DNA of 64,000 nucleotides from Azolla caroliniana (GCA_043228905.1 JBHGNT010000020.1:4030001-4094000), one strand, 5' to 3'. Counted from the first letter of the stretch, positions 1 through 12,274 are shown. Notes: generated from the letters alone by a model not told the origin. A program made the numbers and translations.

Positions 1-1110
1 GCGCTGCAAGAAAAGGAGAAGCTGCGACGGATGGCGGAAATGGAGATTGAAAGACTTAAAGAAGAACTCTGTCAACAGAAGGATCGGGAAGACCGCGCTC
101 GCCGGCAACTCAACCTGAAGTTGAAGCAAAAGACCGATGATTTTGAGCACCTACGCCAGGACTAGAAGCACCTGGATATGGAGCATAAGAAATAGCAGGA
201 GAAGATGGTAGAGCTCCGGCAGGAGGTGCATCGAGCGGAGACGGCGCTAGCGGAGGAATGGGCTGAAAGAACCATGCTACTGGACGAAGCCGCGCAAGAA
301 CGTATGGAGCTCCATAAGCAGCATTATGAAGAGAAGGAAAGAGTGACAATGGTATTGCAGAGGTTGCAGAACACCTACCAACACCAATTGTCACATTACC
401 AGGAGCAAGAGGCGGACACGGTGGCACTGATCAAGCAATTGAAGGAAGAACGGCAAGCCGCAGAGGACAAATCGGAGATGGGATTGGAGCCGATCCAGTT
501 CATTGTCCAGGCATGGAGGAACAAGACAAAATGCTTGATTAACGAAAGCTCCGCGCAATGGTGGGACAAATGGGCAAAACACATAGCCAAGCTCCAGTTG
601 CTAAGGGTGGACGCGGAAAACCGGTAGAAGGATGGCGACGACTGCTACATGCTAACAAAGGAGGACTTCACCGTCGTAAGAGATGAGTTAGCCGAAGATT
701 TTGTAGCTCTGGCGGAGGAAAAGTCAGCAGTGGTCCGGCCACTGGTAGCACAGTTGGACGATGATCAACTGGATGCTCAAATCTAGTTTGAAAGCTATGA
801 GCGGACCAGGCTACGGAAAGAAGACGCAAGGCAGGCGGCGACCGTCAACCTCAGCGATGAGGAGCCATCACCAGAGCAAGGACCGGACGGAGACAAGGCC
901 GGGGCGAGTCAACCGGAGTCAAATCCGGTAGAGCAGCTAACGGAGGAATCACCGCCACAACCGCCGATACCGGGAGCCGAACAGACGCCATCTAAGGAGC
1001 AACAATCGGAGGAGCCGGAGCCACAACAACAACAACCACAACAACAAAGTTCCGAAGAACCATTGGATACCCTGGAGCAGAGTATTCTAGATATCTTGGA
1101 CGAAGGCTAA
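1..1110 (+). pseudogene. C-terminal part of the extra (post-pol) ORF of a Phygy/Athila-like gypsy element: coiled coil followed by an acidic Q/P/E-rich tail
   Basis: Frame 1 reads ALQEKEKLRRMAEMEIERLKEELCQQKDREDRARRQLN, homologous to MLQEKDRLRRNAETEVERLKEELRQLKDREDRNHRQIN at ~40825-40940. It continues in frame through a few internal TAG stops (includes track ORF 205..627) to TAA at 1108-1110, just before an LTR. Confidence 0.8.
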
Positions 1111-1163
1111 GGGCCGAATAGTGGGATTCGACATACAAGTTACTGTCCCACGGGCATGCCATG

Positions 1164-1594
1164 TGTTACCCGGCCGGCAAAGGAGTTAAAGACCAGAATG
1201 TGAAAGGGATTGTTATTCGGAATCTATTTTAATTAAGTAGAATAGTGGGACGTGAACGGACGGACCAGAATCGGTATGCCGATCGGGTTCCGAACAGGTG
1301 CCGATTGGCACCATTTTGTACTCAACACCGGTGACCTATATAAAGGCCCGGTTACAATGTAAAACTTTGACGGATAATTAATAGAGCTTCTTGTTTTATC
1401 TTTAAGTGTTGATTACCGTTCTGTACTAATTGTTCTATCATACGCGCGTATCGAATTTAATGCCATATTGCTAAGTAGCCAATTAAGTCTAATTAATCGT
1501 TGTGTCTTAAGTTATCTCGCCATAACACCCCTTTGGTGAAGTGTCTTCCATAGACACCCTGTGTTAGGCCATTGTCCAGCCCTAAGGATTAACA
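1164..1594 (+). mobile_element. 3' LTR of a Phygy/Athila-like gypsy element
   Basis: TGTTA...TAACA termini; clearly similar to the LTR at 32522-32940 (tgttacc-ggccggcaa-ggagt start, TATA region, cctttggtgaagtgtc...tgtgttaggcc end). Confidence 0.9.
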
Positions 1595-3070
1595 GGATCC
1601 GATTCCCGACTGACCTCCGACTCCTTGCCTGAATTCGATTAGTTCTCCATGTTCTTTAGTCGGCGATCGGCTTCCCACTATTTGGGAGGATGTGTTCTTC
1701 TCCGACTCCCAGTCGACAATAGTCATCTCTTCCATGAAGACTATGTCTCTACTCCGAATGACCTTCTTGTCAGTTAGGTCCCATAGTTGGTAACTGAATT
1801 CGTCATCACCGTAGCCGAGAAATATGCATGGCCAAGATTTTGGATCGAATTTTCTCCTTTGATCCTTAGTCACATGCACGTAGGCAAGACAACCGAACAC
1901 GTTTAGGTGTTGGTGCGACACGTCTTTCTAGTCCACACCATCTCCATCCAAAAGTGTTGAGGGTTTTTTATTAATCGCGTATACTTTTGTCCGCATTGCC
2001 TCAGCCCAAAACGTCGTGGACAACTTAGCATGTCCTAGCATACTTCGGACCCTTTCCATTATGGTCCAGTTCCTCCTCTCAACCAACCTGTTGAGTTCTG
2101 GCGTCTTCGACATGGTATACTCAAGGCTGATACCATTCAGCCGATAGTACTATTCAAACTGACCTTGGTATTCTCTACCATTGTCGACTCGGACCACTTT
2201 CAGTTGTCGACCAGTCTCTCGCCCAACTCTCTCTTGGAACTCTCTAAAGACCAACTATACCTAGTCCTTGGTCTTCAGGACGGAAGCCCACAACTTTCGA
2301 CTACAGTCGTCAATGAAGGTCACAAAGTATTGTGATCCAGCATGCAACTTTGAGTCGATAGCATACATCGGTATGCACGAGTTCTAGCAGCATTCTCTTT
2401 CTTGTTGGAAAGAGGTCTTGTTCTACTTGCTGGCTAAGCAGTCGATGCACTTCTCTAGTTGCACGTTCTTCACCTCTGAAAGGAAGTCGTCTTCAGTACC
2501 TCTCCGCATTCTGTTACCCGTAGGAGTTGTACGGGGCGGTAAAAGGGTAAAACACATTGAAGGGGTTGTTCGGTATGTGTAATGTATATGAGTGTGAGGA
2601 TGAGTATGTGTAAGCACATGCACAGTTATGTGCATGTGGCAAGAATGTAACAGTCCCCCACCCAACAACACATCCCCTTCTCGTTCATGTGGCACAACCT
2701 CTTGTGCCACAACTTGCCGACACTGTCAGCGTTGGTTGCCACATTCACTTTTGACCGACATATCCGATCATGCATTAAGTATAGTGTGCTCATCTTCCTG
2801 GCTCGGGCCACAATCAAGCTCCATGTGCTGAACTTCATGACTCTGTTCCAGATGCTACCTATGTAGCCTTCGTCATCCAACCGTCCGACTGATATCAACT
2901 TCAGTCGAACCTCCGGAACTTGTCAAACATCTTTCTGTACCAGTTGATACCCAATCGACGTTACCAGGCACACATCTCCAATGCGGACAATTCGGCATGC
3001 ACCTTCATTTCCCATCCTTACAAGGTCATGGTCTCCTGCCTTGTAGGATGATAAGGACTTTCTGTCGGGA
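1595..3070 (-). mobile_element. Ty1/copia fragment (Tnt1/Tork-like family B): protease end, GAG-pre-integrase, integrase
   Basis: ORF fragments LWHKRLCHMNEKGM, TPELNRLVERRNWTIME, VFGCLAYVHV..KFDPKSWPCIFLGY; same family as 17508-21555. Confidence 0.9.
2512..2670. mobile_element. 159-bp solo-LTR-like insertion
   Basis: TGTTA...CAACA termini, imperfect 5-bp TSD CATTC/CATCC; removing it restores the host copia frame HMNEKGM-RRGTEDDFLSEVKNVQLEKC. Confidence 0.75.
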
Positions 3071-3846
3071 GGTTGTCCATGAGAGATCAAGCTATCCTTG
3101 CACCAGACAAACTGATCATGTTCTTACGAGTTGTGGATGTCCGACATCGGAAAGATCTTAGAGTACTTCTAGAGGATACAACTACTAAGAGTGGCCTCAC
3201 CAATACATGGGAAAACATGCAAGACATCGTCGGCGATACACAAAGAGCGGGCAATGGCTTGGTAATGAAGAAAAGAGAATTTCAGAACCAATCTTGAGAC
3301 CAAGACCCAGATTGGAAGATCACCAACCACGACCTCGGGAGACTACGGCCGAAAAGGGAATCAATGTGACCACGGGGGAGCAATTGCTGAAAGAGATGGA
3401 ATTTTTTTTAGATTTCCATGGTGAAGAAATCGGAAGACCATCCCATGAGTTCCAAGTATATGGACCGTCTATGCATATGGTGCGATAGCACTGAACATGA
3501 TTGGAAAGATTTCAATGAGCACAAGGAGGCTCTACGATGGGATCCCACGAGGGAAATCGGATCCATGCGATGAACTCCCAAAAGCCACTTCGACCGAACT
3601 TCTGAAAGGGCGGCATGAAGAAGGTCCTAGAGGAGGAGATTGCAGCAAAAAATAACTATGCGACAACCGCGGGAATAAGTGTGGGAGAGACATCTAGAGC
3701 GAAGTCGTCTTTCTGACCAGAAGTGCTAGAAATCTCCGAGAAAACCGACTCTGATGAGATCCAAAGCACCGCGGAAGGCATCCAAGAGGCTACGGGATGG
3801 GAGTGCCCCATAGACAAGAATAGCGTTTACGCCCATTGCCAATTAC

Positions 3847-4674
3847 ATGAGGTGTATGTATATGAGAAACCATGGTGCACGGATGATACGACCAGACCAT
3901 CGGACACCGGAGAGATGGAATTCTGAAGGAAAAGGAAAAGGGAAAACAATTCCGTCATTCAAAGTCGCATCGTATATCGAACAACAAACGTATCTAAAGG
4001 TGTTCGAAGAGAGAATCCTTGATAGTGGGGTGGAATTTTCTCTCCGGAAATTGCTCGGAATAGCAAAGAAAGAGTTCCACAATCTCCTCGTGGACCTCGT
4101 GAAGAGAAAGAGGCAAGCTATGGAAGAATCAAATGCTCCAAGGGTGAATGCGAATACTGTAATGAACGACACAGAACTGGAGGATGAGATTCCAAACCCG
4201 CATTACACAAACTCACACTGGGCACGAGCAATTACGGAGACTCTGGTCCGAATTGGAAACATCAAAGAGCCCGTAGTTGCATTGATTGATCATGGATCAG
4301 AGGTCAATCTAATGTCCACGAAGTTCTACCAGAAGGGGAAGTGGCCTATTAACACCAATCATGGATGGAAGATCCGGGCAGCCACTAAAGCAACGGAAGA
4401 CCTATTTGTGGCTTGTCCGGGTGTGACAGTGAAGATCGGAGATGTGGAGATTGGCCAAAATCTCTTCGTGCAAGATGAGGCCTCCCATTCTGTGATCCTT
4501 GGGCAACCCTTTATCACGACTTCACGGATGGAAACAAAGGTGCTCGATAGTCAAGCGGCTTTTGCACGGATTCGAAGCCGAAGCCAAAGGAAAATCGTCC
4601 AATTCCTAGTTGTGCCATCGAATTACGAAAGCAACAAGAGAGAGCTCTTGTCCCGAACAAAAATGGATTTTTAA
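3847..4674 (+). pseudogene. Gag C-terminus (DUF4100-like) plus aspartic protease
   Basis: KGKGK..FKVASYIEQQTYLKVFEERILDSGVEFSLRKLLGIAKKEFHNLLVDLVKRKRQ followed by LIDHGSEVNL and VILGQPF protease motifs. The DUF4100 match is from recall, not a search. Confidence 0.8.
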
Positions 4675-4728
4675 AGCTGACTGTTGCGGAGTGGGGAAGT
4701 GATAGTCCGAGAAGCCCTGATACCCCAC
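4665..4728 (+). promoter_or_regulatory. Predicted -1 ribosomal frameshift signal (GGATTTT + pseudoknot)
   Basis: G GAT TTT directly before the TAA stop; the RT ORF (4866) is in the -1 frame; stem 4679-4687/4699-4707 and loop GTGGGG pairing with CCCCAC 4723-4728. Confidence 0.7.
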
Positions 4729-7700
4729 ATTGGAAGAAAACTCTCGAAGTGAAACATGTGCGAATCAAACCAGATGGGGCATCTACGTACATGGCCGTGA
4801 TCAGAGAAATGACGATGTAGGATGAGCTACGGTCTGCATCAATCATAAAAGAGGATGAAGAAATCATGGGAGTAGTTGAAGAAGTGTTCTATGGGAGCAC
4901 ACTACGACTTGAAGAGCTTGCGGAAGAGAATAGTCAAGAAGATCGGGTAGTTCCGGTGGAATCGGTCGAGATGTATGAGATCATTGCGAAAATGGGGCCA
5001 GATGTGCTCCGTAAAGAAGAAGCAATGGTATGTACGAAACCCAAGACCATAGAAAAGAAGGTGAAACCATTTGCGGGACCATTACCCGCCAATAGTGAAC
5101 AAAAGAGGAAAGAAGTCTTAGGAGATCCAACACTTCGAAAGTCTGTGGATATCGAACATACCTTCACGAATGAGACCCGAAAGGAACTTTGGATTAGTGG
5201 AGATAGGTTCCTCTTACCAAAGGAAGAAGAAATATTTTGTGAGATGTTAGAGCAGCATGGAAAAGCATTTGCATTCACATCAAGAGAGATAGGGTGCGTC
5301 GATCCGAAGATAGTGGAGCCAATGGTGATCTTCACGATTGAACATGTGTCGTGGAACCTGAAGCCGACTCTGGTGCCACGGGCATATATTTCAAAAATCA
5401 TTGACCTACTCAAGGAGAAGGTGGCGATGGTGATTCTAGAGCCATCAAATGCTCCGTACTCAAATCGATGGTTTACGGTTCCGAAGAAGAATGGGTCACT
5501 CCCGTTCATTCAAGATTTGCAACCGGTGAACAAGGTCACGATTCGGAACTCCGAGTCGGTCCGATAGTGGATGAATTTGCGGAAGTGTTTGCCGGACGCG
5601 CGATATACTCTATCGGAGACCTATACTCCCGATATGACCAATTCCGATTAGCCGTGGAGAGCCGAGATATCACTACAATGAGGACACCGATAGGATTAGT
5701 CCGGATGTATACGCTACCGCGAGGAGCAACGAACTCGGTTGCACATATGATGAATGTGATGAACAAGGTGATCCGAGAATGCATCCCGGAGATTACAATG
5801 TCATTCCTAGATGACATTCTAATAAAAGGATGTGTTGTGGAATTAAAGGATTAGAATATGGATGATCGGGGATGTCGAAAGTTCGTAGTCGACCATATTC
5901 GTGACTGTGAGAAAGTGTTACAAAAGTTAGAAGATGTGCACTTAACACTCTCTATAGAGAAATCGGCATTCGAACAAGAAGAGATATTGGTAGTCGGAGA
6001 TCTATGTGGGCCCTACGGCTGAAGACCGTCACCAGTCAAGGTCAATGTGATTCAAGCTATGAAAGAAATATGCGAGTCACAATCCGAAGTCCATAGATTT
6101 CTTGGTGCATGTGCATTTTATCACATATGGACTCCGCACTATGCACACATTGCAAACCTACTCTATCACTTGTTGCGGAAGGGTAAGAAGTTCGAATGGA
6201 GACCGGAACATACCAAAGCCATGAAGATGGTCAAGAAACACTACGGAGGGCAAAAGCACTTAAGAAGCCAAACTATGACCAACCAATCATAGTGATGGTT
6301 GATACAAGTCCAACCGGGATCACATGGACATCAACCAAGTCGACTCGGATGATTCATGATACCCGATTCGATTCGGAGCAAAGTTTATTAACGAAAGGCA
6401 ATGTGGATATGCACAAGTTAAAAGAAAAATATGGGGAGTCGTGTCGGCAATAAAATCAAATTGAAATTATTTGATAGGAGCTGAAGTAGTGATCAAAACA
6501 GATTGTCTTCCAATACTCTGGATGATGCGATGTTGCACGGTACCGGATGTGGCTATGCTAAGATGGATTGCATATGTAAAGTCACTTAATCTGGAGGTTC
6601 AACACATCTTGGGAAAAGACAACACGGTAGCAGATATGTTATCAAGGGCCCGGTTCGAAGATGACATAGTCAAATCGGATAATGAAGAAGTTTCCGAAAA
6701 CTACTTTGCTTCGGAGCACATATGCCGGGTGAACGTGATTCGGGAGTTCCGGGAAGACGAATACGACGGAGAAAGCTTACTGATCAGGAAAGTGCTACAA
6801 GAAATCGAGGAATCATCGGAAAATAAAGAAAAGAGAACTGAGATCCGAAGGAAGAAACGGGAAGTCGAGAAGTTCTTCTTGAACAATGGATTAATTTGGA
6901 GGGAGCCGAAAAGACCGGATGGTATGTACCACTCCGGGTAGTCGGCACAAAGGAAAAACAAAAACAAGTAATATCCGAATTTCACGAATCCGATTGGGCT
7001 GGAAACATGGGCAACATTTGCAAAGATCAAGCTAAAATATTGGTAGAAGAACATGTACAAGGATGTAGCGAAGTTCACCAAAAGCTGCGAAAAATGTCAA
7101 ATCTACTCCGGAGTTCAACACCGGACGAATTACATCCAACATTCTCACCAACAATCAACTTTAAATGGATGGTTGACATCATGGCCATGCCAACCGGGAT
7201 CTGGAAAAAGTACTTGGTGCTAGCTCGGGAGGATCTGACAAACCAAGTAGAAGGTCAGGCGCTACGGAGAAAAACATGTTCTGCAGTATGCCAATTTCTC
7301 CTAGAAAAAGTGTTTTGCAGGTACGGGTGCATAGGACAAGTGATTGAGGATCGGGGAGAACTTGACTCTAATAAAGCTAGGTGACACTAAACATGGCATA
7401 CAACCCAGAAGCAAGCAGGAAGATCGAACGAGGACATAGTCCAATGGTGAAAGCAATTGCAAAAACGTGCGACGGGAGGGTGAAGAATTGGTCGCAGATG
7501 TTTCCGTATGCACTATGGGCAGATTCCATAACACATAGTTCTGTGACCGAATATATGCCAACGAAACTTATGACCGGACAAGATCCGGTAATGTCTACGG
7601 AAACCGCAATTGCAACATGGACAGTGCTACCATGGAAGGAAGAGATGAGTCAGGAAGAACTATTGGCGGTCGGATAGGACAATTAGAAGGAAGACCGGAA

Positions 7701-9124
7701 GATGTAGCGGAAGCAGTGCATCGACAACAAGAAGTGTGATTTCGGAACAAACTTCAATTAGATAAAAAATACCGACTTAGACCGCAGAAAATTGAAGAAG
7801 GGGATTGGGTGATAGTCTAGGACAGTAGTCTCCATCATCAACATAGCTCAACACGAAAATTAGCTAAAAGGTGGTTCGAACTATACGAAGTTCGGAAAGC
7901 ATTCGACAACTAAACTTACCGCCTAAGTGAGCTAGATGGAACAATTCTTCAAGTGCCTATAGCGGGGAAGTAGGTGAAGATTTTCAAGAAGCGAATTAAT
8001 GACAAACCCTACATAGTCTTAGACAAACCCGAAAAAGGAGCAATCGGATAACGATCACGAAGGTGCAGAAAGTGAGGAAAGTGAGCTGGATTTAATAATC
8101 GACATAGAGGAAGAGACAGAGCGTGCTTCGGATGAAGAAGAGTAATAAGTACCAGAAACTTCGGCACATACCGGAGGATGTGCGGGTTCAAAAGGGGCGA
8201 GTGTCGTAGTGTAGTTCATACACTACATGAAAAACGTATAAAGTACCTGATTCAATAAAAAAATGAAGAAAACAAAGAAAATATGAGAATACATATTACA
8301 TACTTGTACCTCCATGTTAATAATTTGTAGCCTTACCATTATACTAACACATCATAAGTGTTAAAAAAGTACAAAGGTTATTTCACGGATATTTTTTAGG
8401 AAAAGCTACATTTACACGTAGAGTGCATAAAACTTTACTTAAAAGAAAATGCATGATTAAGAAAATTATTCATGCACATCTCACGTTCATAAACATTATT
8501 ATTAGAAGAAAAGGCATAATAGGAAAAGTTATTCATGAACATCTGGTGTGCATGAACACTTTAGAAAAAGCATGATATTTACCATGTGGTAGACGATACT
8601 TAGTCTCTCCCTATCACAGACACACCAGCCGCGGAGTCGAACGGAGCACGTATGATGGGGCTAAGGACATGGAACTTAAGAAGGTGGGAACGACACAAGT
8701 GCATGAAGACATAGATAAAGATCAAGGAGACAAGATGGCATGAAATGAGAATACTAGATTGATGTGTCAATGACTGGTGTTGAATCCCTTGAAATGGACC
8801 AAGGAGGTTACAAGTATTTATACTGTGAGTCAAAGTAAATGCATTAGAATATTCTAGAGAATATTCTAGAACCCTCTCTAAAAACTCCTAGAACTTGAAA
8901 TAGATAATCTACTAATTATCTACTAAGATATACATAACATGACCATATATTTGGATGTGTTGGTTAGAACATAACACTAGACTATATACAAGAGGTCAAG
9001 AGTTCAAATCTTGACATGACTGTTGTCATGTTTGTGACATTATCCTCCGCTTTACGGCCACCTTTTCGAAAGTGTGGTGTAGGGGTGACCTGAAAGAGAA
9101 AACCAAAGTAAGTTGAGCAGTGAT

Positions 9125-9645
9125 TGACCATGAGCAGTCCTCACCAGAAATGGGAGCACAGGTGAACGCGAGCGACCATGTGTGGTCCTCGCCAGAGACT
9201 GGAACACCAACGAGGCGTCAGCGACCATGTACAGTCCTCATCGGAGACTAGAACACCCCAAAGTGAGTGTGAGTGACCATGTACATTCCTCACCAAGAAC
9301 TCGAACACCAACTGGGCATGAGCGACCATGTACGGTCCTCACCGAAGACTAGAACACCAACATGAGTGATCATGTGCGGTCCTCACTGGGAACTGGAACA
9401 CCAACAAACGTGAGCGGCCATGTGTGGTCCTCACCGGGAACTGGAACACCAATGGACGTGAGTGACCATGTGTGGTTCTCACTATAGACACGAACACCAA
9501 CACATGTGAGCGACCATGTACGGTCCTCAACAGAGACACGAACACCAACGAAAATGAGCGACCATGTGTGGTTCTCACCAGAGACACAAACACCAACGAA
9601 TGTGAGGGACCCTGCATGGTCCTCACCGGGAACTGGAACACTTGA
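9125..9645. repeat. ~48-bp tandem array, ~11 copies
   Basis: Recurrent gagcgaccatgtgtggtcctcaccagagactggaacaccaac with the gaccatg core at ~9126, 9174, 9223, 9275, 9324, 9368, 9416, 9464, 9512, 9560, 9608. Confidence 0.9.
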
Positions 9646-9789
9646 CGATGATGAAGGCTAGGCAAAGTAGTGTTGATGACGACAACAAGAGGGTTGAAGA
9701 TGATGATGTCGAAGACGAAGCAATGAAGGCAATGATGTTGACGAAGCGACTTTGGAAACAACGATGTTGACTATGGGAATGATGGAAGT

Positions 9790-10260
9790 AGAGAAGGAGA
9801 TGAAGAGGATAAGAAACATAGAGATCGAGACGTTGAGGTTCTGAAAAAACACAAAGACACAAACACAAAAGATGATAGAAAACAAAGAGACAGGGATGAA
9901 GGTGATAGGAAACGTAGAGAAAGGGACGAAGATAATAAGAAACAAATAGATAGAGATGAAAACAGTAGGAATCACAAGGAGATGGATGATAATGACAAAA
10001 AATGCAAAGATAGGGATGTGGAAGATGATAAGAAGCACAGAGATAGAGATGATGATGAGAAAACACTAAAAGATAGAGACGACGATGAGAAGAAACTAGG
10101 AGATAGAGATGTGAAGGATGAGAAGAATCTAAAAGACAAAGATGATGATGAGAAGAAACTAAGAGATAGAGATAGCGAAGAAGATAGAAAACAAAGGGAT
10201 GTTGATGATGGTAACTCTAGAACCAATTACAATCACGATGGTAACTCTAGAAGCAAGGGC
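9790..10260. repeat. Degenerate ~30-bp purine-rich tandem repeat
   Basis: Units like gatagagatgatgatgagaagaaactaaga. Confidence 0.8.
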
Positions 10261-11104
10261 GATGACGAAGACGGGTAATGCTTCCAGTTGGAAGGGATTC
10301 AAACTGTCACGGACACACCAACCGCAGAGTTGAACAGAGCATGGATGATGGGGCTAAGGACATGGAACATAAGAAGGTGGGAATGACACAAGTGCATGAA
10401 GACAGAGATAAAGATCAAGGAGACAAGATGGCATGAAACGAGAATACTAGATTGATGTGTCAATGACTGGTGTTGAATCCCTTGAAAGGGACCAAGGAGG
10501 TTACAAGTATTTATACTGTGAGTCGAAGTAAATGCATTAGAATATTCTGGAGAATATTTGGGAGAATATTCTAGAACCCTCTCTAAAAACTCCTAGAACT
10601 TGAAATAGATAATCTACTAATTATCTACTAATTATCTACTAAGCTATACATAACATGACCATATATTTGGATGTGTTGGTTAGAACATAACACTAGACTA
10701 TATACAAGAGTTCAAAAGTTCAAATCTTGACATGATTGTTGCAATGTATGTGATACTCCCATCACTATATAAAAAGGGGGAGCAAATTGTAATAGTTTTT
10801 TTTGTTGATACTTGGGTTTTTTATTACAATCTAAATATTGATTAATATAATACTTTTGGGATTCACAAGTTTTGATCTCTTTTCTCAATCTACTCTAATC
10901 TATTCTAAACAATTTCAATTTATTAATATGATTTTAAATATTAAGTTAAACTAGATCACTATATTCGTGGGATTCGAATTCCTATCTCTCTTTCTTATAA
11001 TCTATTTATATTCTTATTAGCCTTAAAACTCTCCTCCTCCTAGTCCAAAACCCCAACGGTTCCCACCAAACTCAGGCAACGATCCATCCCCGAAAGGCAC
11101 GACA

Positions 11105-11454
11105 ACGGCTTGCCGCTTGCTCCCATGCTGGGTAGTCGGCGTGTGTTGGGTTGGGTTGCATTTCTTGAGCTCCCTCGATATAATTCCAATATCCTTAACC
11201 GACAAGGTATTGATGCAGCTTGTATTCCCAAGATGCCCCCAAGATGCGAAGTTTGTCCTATCAAGCTTCTCTGTAAGAAGAGTTCTTCCCATCTGAGTGT
11301 TCATGGTGGCGTTTTTCTTCTCTGGTGCTGAGTCGATTTTGTTTAGACCGTAGGCATGAGACACAACACAGTTGAACAAGCTCGATCAGAAAACCACACA
11401 CTTTGATACCATGTAAAGAAGTGTGAGTGTAGGTGATCTTGTGCAGCGGAAGGA

Positions 11455-11494
<40 letters not shown>

Positions 11495-11715
11495 TAAGAC
11501 CAAAAAAAGGAGAGAGAGAGAGAGAGTAGAGAACATGAAGCTATATTAGACAAAAGATGAATTACATCCAATAGTAACTAAGTTACAAAAGGTTGGTTTA
11601 AATACCAACTAACCTAGGGCAACTACCCATTCTACTATTTACAACACTAGCCTAGTATGTCCACTTGCTAGTGTGAAAGCCACTTCATTAGGATAATTGG
11701 GTGTGATTCTCAACA
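11105..11715 (-). mobile_element. Copia (Bryco-like family D) 5' end: LTR 11412-11715, tRNA-iMet PBS, gag start
   Basis: PBS TGGTATCAAAG (11401-11411, minus strand), gag MNTQMGRTLLTEKLDRTNFASW, LTR similar to 29270-29597. Confidence 0.9.
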
Positions 11716-12274
11716 AAGCTTAACTAGGAAAAAGATTGAATGATAGGTTGAGGGTGTAGTATTAAGGACAAATAATGAGTTGTATTTAAAAATAATAATA
11801 ACGTTTTCGCTCAATTGCTAAGAGCTTGTCAAAGCTTTTTGCTAGCATCAGGTATCAAGAGGAGAAAGTAGTGCACACAAGTGAAAAATAAGAAAGTGTG
11901 GTGTGTGCTCAAATAAAAACAACACCCACTAATTTTATGGGTAAGAAAGCCTCTTGAATCCTATGAAAGGATATCCCCCTAAAGCTCTACTCTGATATTA
12001 TCTTCTTTGTTTACTCCTATCTTATTCCCATCCTTCTTCTATTTCAGTTAACTCCATGTAAAGGAGAATTTTGTCTCATTGTAATGTCACATTGTCTCTA
12101 GCTTACAATTGCTAACAAAATCTTAATATAATTTTATTTCATTATTTTGTTCAAATCCTTGTTAAAGTGTCTAGCACAAAGCCTTCTTCATGGGGATTGA
12201 GACAAGGTTTTTGGATTTTGATTCCAACCTCTGGGCATGTAGTAACATTCTTTTGTAATCCTTGTGCAACGTTT

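Larger units (their letters stand above)
8612..10755 (-). mobile_element. Non-autonomous LTR element (2.14 kb, chromovirus-type cis signals, no coding domains)
   Basis: Direct LTRs 8612-9039 and 10305-10755, TSD CTCCC on both sides, PPT-like AAAGCGGAGGATAA on the minus strand next to 9039, internal region made of tandem repeats. Confidence 0.9.
3071..11104 (+). mobile_element. 5'-truncated Ty3/gypsy element (DUF4100-like gag, fungal-like RT type), degenerate
   Basis: Gag remnant, protease VALIDHGSEVNLM (3847-4674), RT (SNAPYSNRWFTVPKKNG, FLDDILIKG), RNase H (MVDTSPTG, KTDCLP), integrase (WMVDI..REDLTNQVEG, YNPEASRKIERGH), PPT AAAGGGGCGAG 8191-8201, then 3' LTR. Confidence 0.9.
8202..11104 (+). 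mobile_element. 3' LTR (~750 bp net) of the DUF4100-like gypsy, interrupted by an insertion at 8612-10755
   Basis: TGTCG start after the PPT, CGACA end at 11104, TATA-like ctatataaaa shortly after the insertion. Confidence 0.8.

Noticed and set aside
9125-9645. CRISPR-like regularly spaced repeats
   Set aside because: Units are contiguous degenerate tandem copies without unique spacers, inside a eukaryotic LTR element, with no cas genes.
9982-10278. 98-aa D/K/R-rich ORF
   Set aside because: A by-product of the 30-bp purine-rich repeat, antisense to the element.
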